This document shows, one piece after another, positions 12,314-25,814 of a stretch of 64,000 nt of DNA. Source of the DNA: Lytechinus pictus (Eukaryota); assembly GCF_037042905.1 (NCBI RefSeq), contig NC_087250.1:27344001-27408000 (forward strand), read 5' to 3'. The translations under genes were made by a program, and so were the position numbers. A model generated the notes under the pieces. It worked only from the letters and a program-made list of their open reading frames with translations, was not told the DNA's origin and did no database searches. Numbering within the stretch: position 1 is the first letter of the stretch; each line of letters starts with the position of its first letter.

Positions 12314-15300
12314 ATGTCTACCTGTAATTTTTTTAGAGAATGCCTAAACAATTGCAACCATGACTTAAACATCTTGCATGAATTTCTGTTGCTTGATAAT
12401 TTAGAATTTTCTCCTTGTAAGAAATATTTTACACCTGATGAGTTTAACACATACATTGAGAGTAAAGCAAAATCAGCATATCCATTTTCATGTATCCACT
12501 TGAATTCAAGAAGTCTACTCAATAATTTTGATAATATCATTTTATTTTTAAACAGTGTGAAACTTAAACCTACAGTAATTTGTATCACTGAAACTTGGTT
12601 CCGGGAGCACACTATAAACCCTTTGTGTAATATAGATGGATATAGTTTTGAAGGCGTTAGCCGTTTATCAAGAAGAGGGGGAGGAGTTGGAATTTTTGTA
12701 AATAATAGTGTGCAATATGTAAGACGCTCCGACTTAGAACATAATGATAGTTGCATCGAAAGTGTGTTTGTGGAAATCGTCAATGATAATTCTGGTATTA
12801 TTGTTGGTTCAGTCTATAGGCCCCCAGATCAGTCAATTGATGATTTTTTTGAGAGATGCTCAAATGTTTTAAGTATTGTAAATAATGAAAATAAAATAGT
12901 TTATTTATTAGGTGATTACAATATCAATTTATTAAATGTGGGTAAAGTGCAATATGTTCTGGATTGATCACATCCCATCCTCCAACAATCTCCTTTATCC
13001 GAAGACCACACATTCCCCTGTCATCCGTTATGCACTCATTGTCAGAGCCCAATTACTTTCTTCCACGTATCTTACTCAGTATCGCCTCCACACATTAGGA
13101 AAGTCCTCCACCCGTACTTGCCCCCTTTGTGCCTCATATGATGAGACAGTAGAACACTTTGTCGGATCGTGCTCCTCTCTTGATCACCTACGCCAAGACT
13201 TCATACACAGAGTCGAGGAGTGTCTCACTGACCACCCACATTACCTAGACTTGTATACTGCTGAGGATCCACACCAATTTTCCTGTGCTACCCTATTAAC
13301 CCATCAACCTGGTCTCCCTTCAGAAGTTAATAATAGTCTGCTCCTTAAATCCCTCTTTTTTCTACATAAAATTCATGACTACCGCTCCAACTTGATGCTG
13401 AATCTGTAATTTACCGGACTGGGATTTGTTCTATTCGTATCTTAGAATCTCCAAAACAGTGGAGGGATCACCTAAGAGAGAGAGTTGATAATTTCATTAA
13501 TCTATTGTTATCACATCATATGTATCCATTGATTGACCATCCTACCAGAATCACGGATGAAACAATCTCTTTAATTGATAATATAATCACCAATGATATA
13601 CACGCAGACAAAGTTGAATCGGGAATATTAATAACTGACATCAGTGATCATTTACCTGTATACTCTATTAGCTGGAATGATGTTAAATCACAGCAAAATT
13701 TAGATAAACCGCTTCGAATAATCAATGACAATAGTATAAAGTGTTTCTTAAGATCCATTCCAATGGTCAATTGGTCTTGCCACAATAACAATCCAAATGC
13801 AAATTACGTGCAATTTCTAGAGAAGTTTTTAAATGTATATAACTTATGCTTCCCCTTGGAATATTTGAAGAAAAAACCTAAAAAGAATAAACCATGGATT
13901 AATTTTGATATTCGAAAGTTGTCAAAGAAAAAATGTCGTTTATATCGACTTTATCTGAAAAATCCATCACCATATCGTAAAGAAGTGTACAGAAAATGTA
14001 GAAATAAAGTCAGTAATATGATTAAACAAGCTAAAAAACATTATTTCTTGGAACGTTTTGCAAATTCCAAAGGAAATATGAAAAAAACTTGGAATACTGT
14101 TAATTGTGCAATGGGTCGTGCAAATAAAAAGTGCAATATTGATTTTCTGAAATGTAATAATCAAGTATTATATGATACCTCTGCTATTTGTAATGTATTC
14201 AATGAATATTTTATCAATATAGTAACTGAAATGAATTTTCCTGTTGATCAGGGCAATAATTTAAATTTGAATTTTTGTAGATATTTGGATAGAAATCCAA
14301 GGACTTGTTTTTTCAAACCAATCACTTGTACCGAGATTATTGATATTGTGTCAAACATAAAAAGTGATTGCAGTCCTGGGTATGATGATATAAGTATCAA
14401 GGTTATAAAGAAATCAATACATATTTTATGTCAACCCCTTTGTGCAATATTCAATCAATGTTTAGATATCGGTATATTTCCTGATGAATTAAAGATTGCT
14501 CGTGTTGTTCCTGTATATAAAAATGGTCCGAGTGAAAATGTTTCAAATTACAGACCCATATCAGTCTTGCCAATTTTTTCAAAGATTTTAGAAAAGTGTA
14601 TATATAATAGATTATTTGATTTTATAAACAAGTGCAATATATTATCTCTACATCAATACGGTTTTCGTGCTGGTCATTCAACTTCTTCGGCTCTTATTGA
14701 TTTTGTCCATACTGTTACCAACGCTCTTGATGATAAGAAATATTTGATAGCAATGTTTTTAGATTTGAAGAAGGCTTTCGATACAGTTGATCACGCTATT
14801 TTATTGAACAAACTAGAATTGTATGGCATAAGAGGTAATGTACTTAAATTATTTAAAAGTTATTTATCCAACAGAAAACAATATGTTGAAATATCCAAAT
14901 GCAAATCACAGCTTAAGATTATCTCATGTGGGGTTCCTCGGGGTTCTATTTTAGGACCGCTCTTGTTTCTCCTTTTTATTAATGATCTTAGTAAAGTATC
15001 CAACTTATTACATTGTATTATGTTTGCTGACGACACTAGTCTGTTTTTATCTCATACAAACTATCATGTTTTACACAATTTATTCAATTCTGAACTTGAA
15101 TTAATATCTGAGTGGTTTTATGCAAACAAAATGATAGTTAATCTTGCCAAAACCAATTATATGATTTTTAGTAATTTATTTTTACCAGATAGTCTTTCAA
15201 TTAGAATGTGCAATACAGATATTAAGTGTGTAACGTCAGTAAAATTTTTAGGAGTAACAATAGATAATAAGTTTACATGGAAAAATCATATTGATAATCT

Positions 15301-15859
15301 GTGCAATAAGCTTGCCAAAAATATAGGAATAATGTATAGATTAAGATCATTTCCCAAGGAGATTTTAAAACTAATGTATTATGCCATTGTATATCCATAC
15401 CTCAATTATGGTATTCTAGCCTGGGGAAGTGCAAGTAGCATTCACATTGATAGATTATATATTTTACAAAAACGTGCAATAAGAATTATGTCTCATGCTC
15501 CTTACCTTGCCCATACGAATCCTCTATTTGTTGAATTGAATGTATTAACATTTTATGATATTCATGCATTTCAAATTCTTATATTTATGTATTTATGTAA
15601 CAATAACCTCTTGCCAGATTACATCAAAACATTCTTTAAGTTCAATAGTGATTTCCATGGATACAACACAAGAAATGCAAAGGATTTCCATCTACCTAAG
15701 CCAAGACTCTCATCTTTTAAAAACTCAATTTTATTTCAAGGACCACAACTCTGGAATTCTATTTCTGTAGACATCAAGCAATCAGTTTCATTAAATGTTT
15801 TTAAGTCAAAATCAAGGCAATTTATTTTAAATAGTAATTCAAAAAGTTTCTTTGTATAA
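12314..15859 (+). CDS. LINE ORF2 (APE endonuclease + RT); ~1005 aa open after removing the insertion at 12959-13483 and one TSD copy
   Basis: APE: HLNSRS, ITETW, GGGVGIFV, YRPP, GDYN, TRIT, SLIDN, SDHLP; RT: NYRPIS, DLKKAFDTV, GVPRGSILGPLLF, FADDT, KFLGV; KVQYV|DNFINL is in frame. Confidence 0.9.
12959..13483 (+). mobile_element. 5'-truncated non-LTR retrotransposon 3' end (CCHC finger, (GA)n tail) inserted in ORF2
   Basis: CPLCASYDETVEHFVGSC, stop 13409, short UTR, GAGAGAGA tail; GTT duplicated at 12956-12958 and 13484-13486. Confidence 0.8.
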
Positions 15860-16142
15860 ATTTCATTCAGGCATTATAGGCACCCCCCCCCCTTCGTTGT
15901 AGTTTAGTGATTTTTTTCTATCTTTGTTATTGAAGTCTTTGTATAATTATTATGTTATAGGGTCAGCTAATCACAAGGCTTGTTCCTTTCTTGCTGTCCC
16001 TCTCATAGTCAATCCAATGTTTATTTCTATTTGTTGTTGTTGTTTTTTCTATTTTGTGAATATGATACTTTGTATATGTATGTTTTTGTATGGATTTTTA
16101 TGAGCAAATAAATTGAAATTGAAATTGAAATTGAAATTGAAT

Positions 16143-18554
16143 CTCGTCTCCTGGCTCATGCGAGTCACATAGAGTACAAGTTTGCAAACCTTGATTTGGC
16201 AGGTAACGACCATTAGCAATTGGCAATCTATGATTTCCACAACGATATTTACAGAGTTCAATCCTATCTGCAAAATATAATTTCACTAAATAGTTTTCAA
16301 ACCCAAAATCTTGTTTGAATATTCTATAATTCATGCACAAACGGTTTCTATTAATTTCAGTATTCAATTCCTGTTTAGCAATATCATCCAATCTGAGACT
16401 CACAGTTGACTTAACCCACTTAACGTCCAAGACTATATTCTCAACACTCCACAGGTTAGACATCCCACATCTATCCAAAATGTTTATCACTTTTACTATC
16501 CATGGTGACTTATAAAGGTCCCTATCATGAAGTTGACGCAAAAGCCTATAAATCATACTTGACAATTTAGATTTTCCATTTACACTTTGACGAATCCTTG
16601 CCCAAAAATGTATCATACGCTTTTCAATAATATAAAGCAGACTGACTCTTCCCAATTCGCCATATGCCATACAATTCGCAGACCCTCGACTAAGTCCAAG
16701 GAGGCTTTTTATAAACTTCTTATGAAACATTTCAATACAATCTACATCACCAAACCCCCAAATTTCACTACCATATAACAAAATTGGTACCACCAGCTGA
16801 TCAAACAATTCACATTGAATGTCCAAAGGCAAACTCAACACCTTGGCCTTACTTTTAAGATTAAACATTGCTCTCCTAGCTTGATTAACTTGCTTTTTCA
16901 TAGCTTTCTTGAAGGAGCCATTGTGATTAAAAGTGGTACCTAAATAAATATAATCCTCTACGACGTCAAGAGCAGTATCCCCAAACAAAAACTCTGGATA
17001 TTTACGAACCTTTCCACGTGAGAAAATCACAACTTTAGTCTTGCTTGTATTAACAGAAAGTTTCCACTGCTCACAATATTGATGAACAGCCGACAGAGCA
17101 GACTGAAGTTCTTGAGCCGACTCAGCCAATATTATTGTATCGTCAGCATATAATAAAACATATAGTCGTAAGAAAACTTCCACATCATCATTGCTCAGGT
17201 AGTCCCTTATTAGAGAAGAGCACATATTTAAGCCTTTATAATACCGACTAACAAAATATTCAAAATCATTAAGAAAAACTGCAAAGAGCAAAGGAGATAA
17301 ATTTTCACCCTGACGCACTCCGATATTACAGGTAAAGAAATCAGAAATGTTATATCCATACTTTATGCATGATTTAGCATTTTCATACATATTATAAACA
17401 ACACTAATAATCTTCCCATTGATACCACATGAAATCAACTTCGACCAGAGACTAGATCTGTCAACAAGGTCAAAGGCTTTTCTGTAGTCAATAAAGGCAC
17501 AGTAAATTCTCTTCGCATCGTGTAGATACAAATCGATCAAACCATGTAATGTAAATATGTGATCAAAGGTACTATGACTTTCTCTAAACCCTGCCTGCTC
17601 ATCGCCTACAATTCCTGCACATTCCAAATAATTGGAAAGCCTAGAGTTAATACAAGCAGTGAACAATTTACCTACACAACTCAACAAAGTGATACCTCTA
17701 TAATTATCAGGATCATCCACTGAACATTTGTTCTTGTACAAGGGTTTAATCATACCCAGACACCAGGCAGTCGGTACGACAGCAGAACATAAAACAATAT
17801 TAAAGATCTTAACCAACATAGTTACCATAAAATTAGGACAATATTTCAAAAACTCATTTATAACATTATCAATTCCACTTGCTTTGTTGTTTCGTAAGCT
17901 TTTGATGATTTTTGAGACTTCATCATATTCAAAATCTCTATTTATGTCTTCATTTAGAGAATGACTTATCTTAGTAGGATCAAAAGAGTGCCCTTCACCA
18001 ATTTCCGATGTGTTTGTCTTCATACTCAACTTATGAAAGTGCTCCACGAAGTTATCTAAGGAAATTTTGCTACCCTTTTCAATCGTTTTACACTCTTTAT
18101 TCAGAATATTCCAATATTCTTTCGAATTAGACTTCTTGAGATCCCGCAAAGATGAATGTAACTTCTTATTATATTTTCTACATTTGTTCCTGATAAAACA
18201 TTTATAGGACTTGGCCTTTGTTTTAATTTCAGCCTTAGCTTCCTCCGTTTTCAATTTATCTAATCTACGTTTATCCCTAAAATATTATTTTCTCCGACTC
18301 TCGCATGTATGATCGAACCATGGTTTATCCCTAGTCTTACCACAAGTGTTGCTTACATTACGTTTACGATTCATATTGACCAATTTACAAATGCCTACTT
18401 TTCTTGCTGGTTCTATTAACAAATCATTCAACTTCTGTACAATACTGTCAACAGCACCATGAGAAACATCTTGAATATCAATTGAATCTAGTTTCTCATT
18501 TAAAAGTTTCAGGTGAATAGGGCATAAATTGTCTGCATAAAATCTGTCCTCCAC
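16143..18554 (-). pseudogene. RTEX-like ORF2 reverse transcriptase (frameshift near 18280, 5'-truncated)
   Basis: KPWFD, KASGID, NYRGITLL, FIDYRKAFD, GVRQGENLSPLLF, LLYADD, YLG, YGELGR, YRCGNHRLPI, CTLC. Confidence 0.9.
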
Positions 18555-18890
18555 TAAGTTCCAGCCTGCAACCTACACTCTTTTTTCTTGGGGGGGGGGG
18601 GGGGGCATCAATTCTGACACACCCTATATATACCCCCTACACACAAGCACACACTACCTAGTGGTATCGCTTAGCGCACTGATCTATACCACTACGTAGA
18701 GGTATATTTCAGTGGTTCAGACACGGACAACCACGTGCATTCACTACAGTGGGTTTGGCACAGGATCTGCTATTACGGAGATTCTGATTGGACGGTCACA
18801 AACACTTCACCCAAAGTCTGCGCATACGTATGCTATTCGCTAAATAACCATACGTATGGTATACACCATACGTATGCTACAAGCTGACGT

Positions 18891-19270
18891 ATATGATGGG
18901 CCGTTCCCGCCAAAACGCATGCCAAAACCATACGCGTGCAAGTCAGAACGTACGCATGGTTCTTTCATAACGTACGCGTGGATCTGTCATAACGTACGTA
19001 TGGTCTTGACAGAACGTACGTATGGACATTTTCTATTATACTTCTATGACATTCTTAACGTACGTATGGTTTTGACATAACGTACGCGTGGTTCTGTCAT
19101 TACGTACGCGTGGTTATGTCATTACGTACGCGTGGTTCCCGGTAAAATAATCAACTCATAGACCAAACCACGCGTACATAATGACAGAACCACGCGTATG
19201 TTATGACAGAACCACGCGTACGTTATGCCATAACCATGCGTGCGTAATGAGAATACCACGCGTACGTAAT
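18891..19270. repeat. Terminal module T (copy 1) with 22-bp CATAACGTACGCGTGGTTCTGT repeats forming a local fold-back
   Basis: Repeats in one orientation to ~19137, inverted ~19162-19270; mirrored at ~53665-54064. Confidence 0.85.
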
Positions 19271-19762
19271 TCAGTACATTTCAGTACAACAGTCATACAA
19301 CCAATGAGAAAGCTTGTTGTATAATTGAACGTATGAAGCTGAATTCGATCCCGCCATTCTTTCAATTGCAACCTGCTGAGCATGCTTTGCAACGGAGATT
19401 CAACGAAGCTGTTAGCAGGATGCCTTCGGATCCGCCCATGATTTTGACACGTGTCCTAGCCGTTTCCTTTCTATGTGCCCTTTTTCTTTTTGTAATAGCT
19501 TATATTCCATTTCTCAGCATAATACCCTTTTCACCTCTCATAAATGCCCATATTTAAAGCTTAAAGTGACACTTTTCCTTTGACAAGTGTCCCTTTCAGT
19601 TATTCGCAACAAGAGCCCCTTCTATTCCTTTGAAATGAGTGCCCCTTTTCCATTCTGATAAGTGTGCCTTTTCATGCTTGTGGAGGGCCCCTTTTCAAGT
19701 ACAAACTACCTTTCCACCTTTGATAATAGTGCCTCATTAGCTCTTATAATTGCCCCTTGTCA

Positions 19763-21127
19763 CAGTGGCGTAGCTACAGGGGGGGGGGGGGGGGCTGGGG
19801 GCACGTGTCCCCCTGAGATTTGGTGTGCCTCCCCCCCCCAGGTGCCCCCCTAAAAAAATTGCCAGAGTAACATAAAAGGGAGAAAAAAGGGAGAAAGAAG
19901 AACAGGAAAAAGAAGGAGAAATACAGAAGAAAAAATAAGAAGAGGAAAATAAAAGGAGGACGAGTGAATAAAATAATGTGAGGGGAAGACTTGCCCCCCA
20001 AAAAAAAATCATGTTACTATATTAAACTTTTGCTTGCGCTTCGCGCCAGAATTATCTGTTCAATGAGATTCATATCTTGCTCATAATAGGCTGATTTGAA
20101 GTTTTGAAGTCAATATACAAAACATATTTTAGCTCGGACATCGAGCTTTCATTTTTTTCATTTTTTATTTTTTTCATTTACAAATTTAAGTGCTCTGTAA
20201 AATGTCCGTTTTATGGTCGACATATCACCATTTTAAGCTCACGCTGCGTGGTCACATTGTTTGATTTGCCAAGTTCCTCTTGTCTACGTGTATTCCATAA
20301 AGTTCAATTAAACAAATGTATTCAGAATGCCCAGATTCTAGGTCTAAAAATAAAACATGCGCGATAGCCTGCATGTTCATTATTTAAAATGTACTTAAAT
20401 TATCCAGTTTCACATCAGAATATCAACAAGTTGTCTGCTCACGCTTCACGATCGCAATATTAATGATACCCAATTAACTATATCCTGTCTATGATTTATA
20501 AAATATGAATAGATTGTCCCGCTTTTAGGTCTAAAATCTCAATTTTCTTCCTTTCGCGCTCGCATCAAATGTTTGGTTACATACCTATCCCATTTATTGA
20601 TACAAAAAGTGCTGAGAATGACAATTTTTTAGGTCGGAATGTCAAAACAAAATTGCTCGCGCTTCGCGCCCCCATTATTGAAATATACCATCTTCGTGGG
20701 TAACTGTAAGCAGTCCTTTAAATAACAGGTCCCTTTTCGATAATGCTAGAACAGTAAATAAAAATGTCTGCTCGCGCTTGGCGTTCGCAGTAATCATCTA
20801 GTTACATACGTATCTTGTTCAGGATCATACATAACATTGCCCAGAATATTAAATTTTCAGCACAAAATACATGAAAGTAAAAAAAAAGTCGCCCGCGCTT
20901 CGCGCTCGCACTTTTTATAAGGCTTATGAGATTAGTTCATGTTTATGTTGTTTTATAAGAATAAAACTAAGAAGTGACTGATCGGGGAAAATATTGGTGA
21001 AGATAATTTCGGGCCCCGTCCCCTATTGGCGAAAGTCGGATCCGCCCTTGTGACACACACCGGAAAAAATGGTGCCCCCCTGAAAAAGCAAGGACCCCCT
21101 AGGAAAAAAATTCTAGCTACGCCACTG
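19763..21127. mobile_element. hAT-like non-autonomous element (mirror copy 51721-53033)
   Basis: 14-bp TIR CAGTGGCGTAGCTA; perfect 8-bp TSD CCTTGTCA. Confidence 0.85.
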
Positions 21128-23810
21128 CCTTGTCATCTCTTGTGATGAGTGCCCCTTTTCACTTCTGATAAGTGACCTATGTTGACCTGTGCCCCTTTCC
21201 CCTTTTCCTCTCTAATTAGTAACCTTATTTCTTCTGATAAATATATTACCTTTTCCTTTATTATGATACAATGTACTTCTAGTCGTGGCCACGCACACGG
21301 AGAGGGACAAACTACATGTAATACTCTGTACACTGCTCTAGGTTTCACTCAAAATGAAATACTGTATTTCTTGGCAGCAAAGCATAGGGAGCTGTAACTC
21401 ATAGCCCCTTCTCAAGTGCAGGCGCGTAGCCAGGGGAGCGGTCGCCCCCAAAAAAAGAAAAAAAAAGGAAAAAGAGAGGAGAAAAGGAAAAGAGAAGGGA
21501 GGAAAGGGAAGAAAGGTAGCTTTGCGGGTTTTTCCTTTTATTCTTTCTTTTCTCAAAAAAGAAACTCCTTCATTCTTGCTCTAAATTTATATATATGAAT
21601 TTTGCTTCCGCGCTGCGCGCAGTTAAATGACAATATTGCAGTTCTCCTTTGTATCCCATTACCCTTTCTCTAACCCTATGTTTCCACCTCAGGTATATGT
21701 GTTTCTTGCCAGTTAAAGTTCAAATGTATACATTAGGGCATGGAATTAGACATGTTTTATAGCTCCATGGAATTAGGGTAAGGTTAGTCCGAAGTATATG
21801 AAGTTATCTTCTTTTTTTTCAAATTGATCGCACAATTTCTGGTCTGGTAAAATCTATATATCAATTTCTGCCGTCACCTCAACATAGGCAACTTCTCCCG
21901 CTTTCCAGCTCATTACTAAACAACTATAATTTGGGGGCAAACAGGCAGGCGCAGATCCAGGATTTCGTAGGGAGGAGGCCCAAATTCGACCTGATTTTGG
22001 CGCCCCTGTGTACTTTTAGGAAAATGGCGGCCCCTCCCCCTCCCTCCCCCCAGGCAATCATAAGTGCATGTTAAATTATTTCATTTCATAGGCACATGAA
22101 GAAGAGGCAATTTGATAATGGTTTCACAATGATGTGTTCATGAATAAATGTAATATCACTTTAAAAAAGAATCAATGCGAGCGCGAAGCGCGAGCGATTT
22201 CTATTTTAACCATTTGATGCTTCCAATCTCGTTTAATTTCTCATCAGAGTAGACCCTGCTAGAATTATGTGAGCGGGAGCCAGGCGCGGATCCAGGATTT
22301 CTTAGGGGGCCCTAATTTCAAGTCAAGTAATAATCGTGCCAAAAATATTGACTCCCATTGCCGAATGGGTAGTGTCTAGTTACTTCACACAGAAACCTCT
22401 CTTGCATTGTATAGGCATACTTCGTTCTTCTGGGTACCCCCATTTTTTCTACGTTTTGTTTCAGGGCTTGAAAAATCTTACGGGGATGACGCCCTGTATC
22501 GCCGCGTATGAACACTGGTTGTGCAATAACTAACTTGCATATTCTGCATGAGAGAAAATTAATGTTTTTTTTTTTTTTTTTTTTTTTTTTTTTGGGGGGG
22601 GGGTAATATATTCTTGAAAAGATATACATGCTCTTTATTATAGAATTGAGGTAGACTCGATCAGTAGTCAGCACTCAGCATTTACTGATTGGGAGTGTTC
22701 TGCCTACTTTAGATCTGTAAGTGTTTGGATATATTATATAATCTTGTGTTATTCGCTAGAAATCCATTCAAAACAGTGAGTTGTCTTGTCAATCCTATTC
22801 AACAAACATTGGATCTTCCGCTCTTGCAACAATCATACCAAGTATCAAAAGGTTATGTATGAAATGTATCTTATAATCTTGCTCAAATTGTATATACTCC
22901 AAATATATTTTCAAAAGAAACAGAATGCGTGTAAACGGTGTAAATAAACAAATACAAGATACTAAAGATAAATATGCTGTAAAAATATACTTTATTGACA
23001 ATGTCTATATAAATATGAAAATAATGATCTTAAGTTCGCATCATTTTGGACGATAGGTTCTTATCTCTCTCTTTCATACAATCATGGGTGTCGATCACGG
23101 GGGGGGGGGGGGATGGGGGGATATATCCCCCCCCCCCCCATATTTCAAGTGGGGGGATGACCTGTATTATCACCCCCCCCCAATAATTCAGGGTAGAAAA
23201 ATTGTAATAATGATGATGAAAAAATGAAAAGTTTGATAATAGTGATTATAGTGATGATTATAGTATGTCATCAATCAGTTTGTTTCCCTCGCAATTTGTG
23301 TATATTGTTATTAAATAAAAATATTCTTTTCCAGGACTTTTAAACAGATGGGTGGAGGTTCAAAATGAAAAAGAATTATATGTTTATGTACCGGTATATG
23401 ATATTTTTTAACACATGACATAAATGGACCCCGACGAAAAAAAACTTTTGTTGATAGGGTGTTCCATCCCACCAGTGGTGAATAAATTAATTTTCAGAAA
23501 TCAGTTAATTCAAAAGGGTGGAAAAATTAACGGGTGGAAAAGGGTGGCAAGATAAACAGGGAAACCTCCATGGACGTAAATCCTAGAGGGGTAGATCTTG
23601 AAAAAGTACAAACAACTTTTCTCAGATTTACCCCTCCCCACATCCAAGTGCATGATGTTTGTCACCATGCATTAAGAAGAAAAGAGATATTGCCAGTGGG
23701 GTTAGATTTAAGAAGTTGTATGCATCATGCTCAATAAACAGATCACTTTGTACATGGTCCAGACAATTTTTGTCATTTTTTCTTTCGTATGAGTTTAGAA
23801 TAGGCTCACT

Positions 23811-24922
23811 CAGTGGGGTAACTACGGGGGGCATGGGGGGCACATGCCCACCCAATCGGCTGACAAAAAAAAACGAGGAAAAGGAGAAAAAGAGGGAGAG
23901 AGGAAGGGAAATGTAATGGGAAAGAAGAAATTATTGTTCATTATGATGTTATATTGTACTATAATTTTGTTATAATTACATAAGACGCATTTTTTTCATA
24001 ACTTTATGAAACATAATTTGCTCAGGGCCCATGCCTTCATTGTTCCTGGTGCTCACATTGTCTGTTTAACTTTAACGAGATATATAATCCTGTGGTACTA
24101 AAACCTCCTGTTTTCAATATACTTCCTCGCACTTCGAATTATTATTTTATGTGCAATAGTATGCTTCTTTTCATGACTACTTAAAGTGATTGCCACATTT
24201 TAAGGTCTTAATATAAAATATTTCTTGTCCGTGCTTATGTTCGCATTAGTGAGATATGTCTGCTCTCCATGAATTCCTAGAATCAGTCCTTAAAATGTCC
24301 CTTTTTCTGATCTCAATATAAAAAAAATTCAGGTCGCGCTTCGCGCTCGCATCTTTTGGTTAATGAAATACGTATGGTCTTAGTGAATTCCTACAAACAA
24401 GCTTTAGAATGCCCCTTTTCATGTCTGAATTTCCTAAATTTTCAACTCGCGCTTCGCGCTCGCAATATTTGATTATTGAGTTGCGTATGTTAATAATCAT
24501 GATTACAATGACTTCAAGTGCTTCATGTGTAATTCTAACAAAATCAGCAAGCGCTTAGCACTCGCATTAGATGACTGTGGTGAGATATGTAGTGGATTCC
24601 TTAAATATAGTCCTTAAAATCTCCCTGTTTGGGGTAAAAAATTTCAGCTCGCGCTTCGCACTCGCATTGATTAGCGAGACAGGTACGTATCATGATTACA
24701 AAAAGTTGATTATAATGTCCCTTTTTACGTCCGAATATCAAAAATTTTAAGCTCGCGCTTCGCGCTCGCATTATTTCATCAGTGAGATACATATCTGTTT
24801 AATATATGGCACTGTCCTTAAAATGTATATTAGGTCAGTATACCTGGCAACTTGCGCGCTCACTAAGTGACTCAAAATTTTTGCTGGTGCCCCCCAATGC
24901 CATGACCCACGGTACGCCACTG
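23811..24922. mobile_element. hAT-like non-autonomous element with internal GCGCGAAGCGC array (mirror 47149-49130)
   Basis: CAGTGGGGTA / TACGCCACTG ends; degenerate 8-bp TSD GGCTCACT / GGCTTAAT. Confidence 0.8.
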
Positions 24923-25638
24923 GGCTTAATACTTGTAACACAAGTTTATTTTTTTTTTAAATTATATAAATACAGTACACTGCAACAATGAAGGAATTTT
25001 CAAGAACACCATGCATATCAACCACTCCCAAATGTCACAACTTGTGATTTTAGTGGGGGTAATATTGAAAGATCCCCATCCACAAGAATATTTGTGTCAA
25101 TCACCCCCCCCCCCCACCAAGAATACCGATCGACACCCTTGCATACAATACACGTAAACCATGAATTCCAAGGTCCCGTGTATCTTGTATATATCAACTA
25201 TTTCAAGATGTAACAATAAATGTAAATGATAGCAATGCAGTTTAGGCCTGAGTAAATCCACGTAATATTTTCAATGGAATTCGTTTTAAAAAATTACAAC
25301 GTGATTTCCCACTGTAGGTTGGAAACGAAAAGGTGTCGTATCATCAACTGTATCTAGCTGTCTTCTACGCGTTACTACTTGAAACAAAAATATAGGAACG
25401 ATATAAACCATAGAGTTATTTCAGTTATTTGAGTATTTGACAATTCGTCAAAAAATTAAAAACGCATCCGAAACTTTCACCATTACAATGAAAGTTTCAT
25501 TTATTCCTTTACATATTGCAAGTAAACTTCAACATTTCTGTAAATAATATATTATTAATATATCCATATACAATTAAGTTCACATGGTGGTATACTGCAC
25601 ATCCTATTTCAGAATATGATATGCGTTGTGGTATATAT

Positions 25639-25803
25639 TGTTATGGAATAGCGCCATCTGTGGCGAGATACCAGAGAGTGTAACAAGATGGAATCCAGTA
25701 AATGGCTGAACCCAAATGTATTATTAGTTTGAAGCCTCCGTTATTTAGGTTGATACTGTAGTGAAGTTGATAGTAGGAGTAGAAGAGACGACAAGACAAA
25801 ACA
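25639..25803 (+). repeat. 5' LTR
   Basis: TGTTATGG...CAAAACA, identical by eye to 31207-31371. Confidence 0.95.
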
Positions 25804-25814
25804 TGGTGTCAGGA
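25804..25814 (+). promoter_or_regulatory. Primer-binding site, probably tRNA-Leu
   Basis: TGGTGTCAGGA directly after the 5' LTR, complementary to the ..UCCUGACACCA 3' end of metazoan tRNA-Leu(CAG). Confidence 0.75.

Larger units (their letters stand above)
9205..16137 (+). mobile_element. Near-full-length CR1-group LINE (Crack/L2-like) with ORF1 and ORF2
   Basis: Flanked by TGAAT (9200-9204, 16138-16142); ~475-bp leader, ORF1, APE-RT ORF2, 3' UTR, AATAAA and (TTGAAA)n tail. Confidence 0.85.
8697..18575 (-). mobile_element. 5'-truncated RTEX-like non-LTR retrotransposon, split by a nested LINE at 9205-16137
   Basis: RT ORF on minus strand 18554-16143 resumes at 9204-9031; 3' UTR ends in (ATTGTC)n tail at ~8697-8722; 5' boundary approximate. 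Confidence 0.8.

Noticed and set aside
12936..13409. Independent 157-aa gene or frameshifted part of ORF2
   Set aside because: It is the 3' end of a separate retroelement with its own tail and GTT duplication
25650..25666. CTCF-like motif AGCGCCATCTGTGG in the LTR
   Set aside because: One base short of the consensus spacing; no other support
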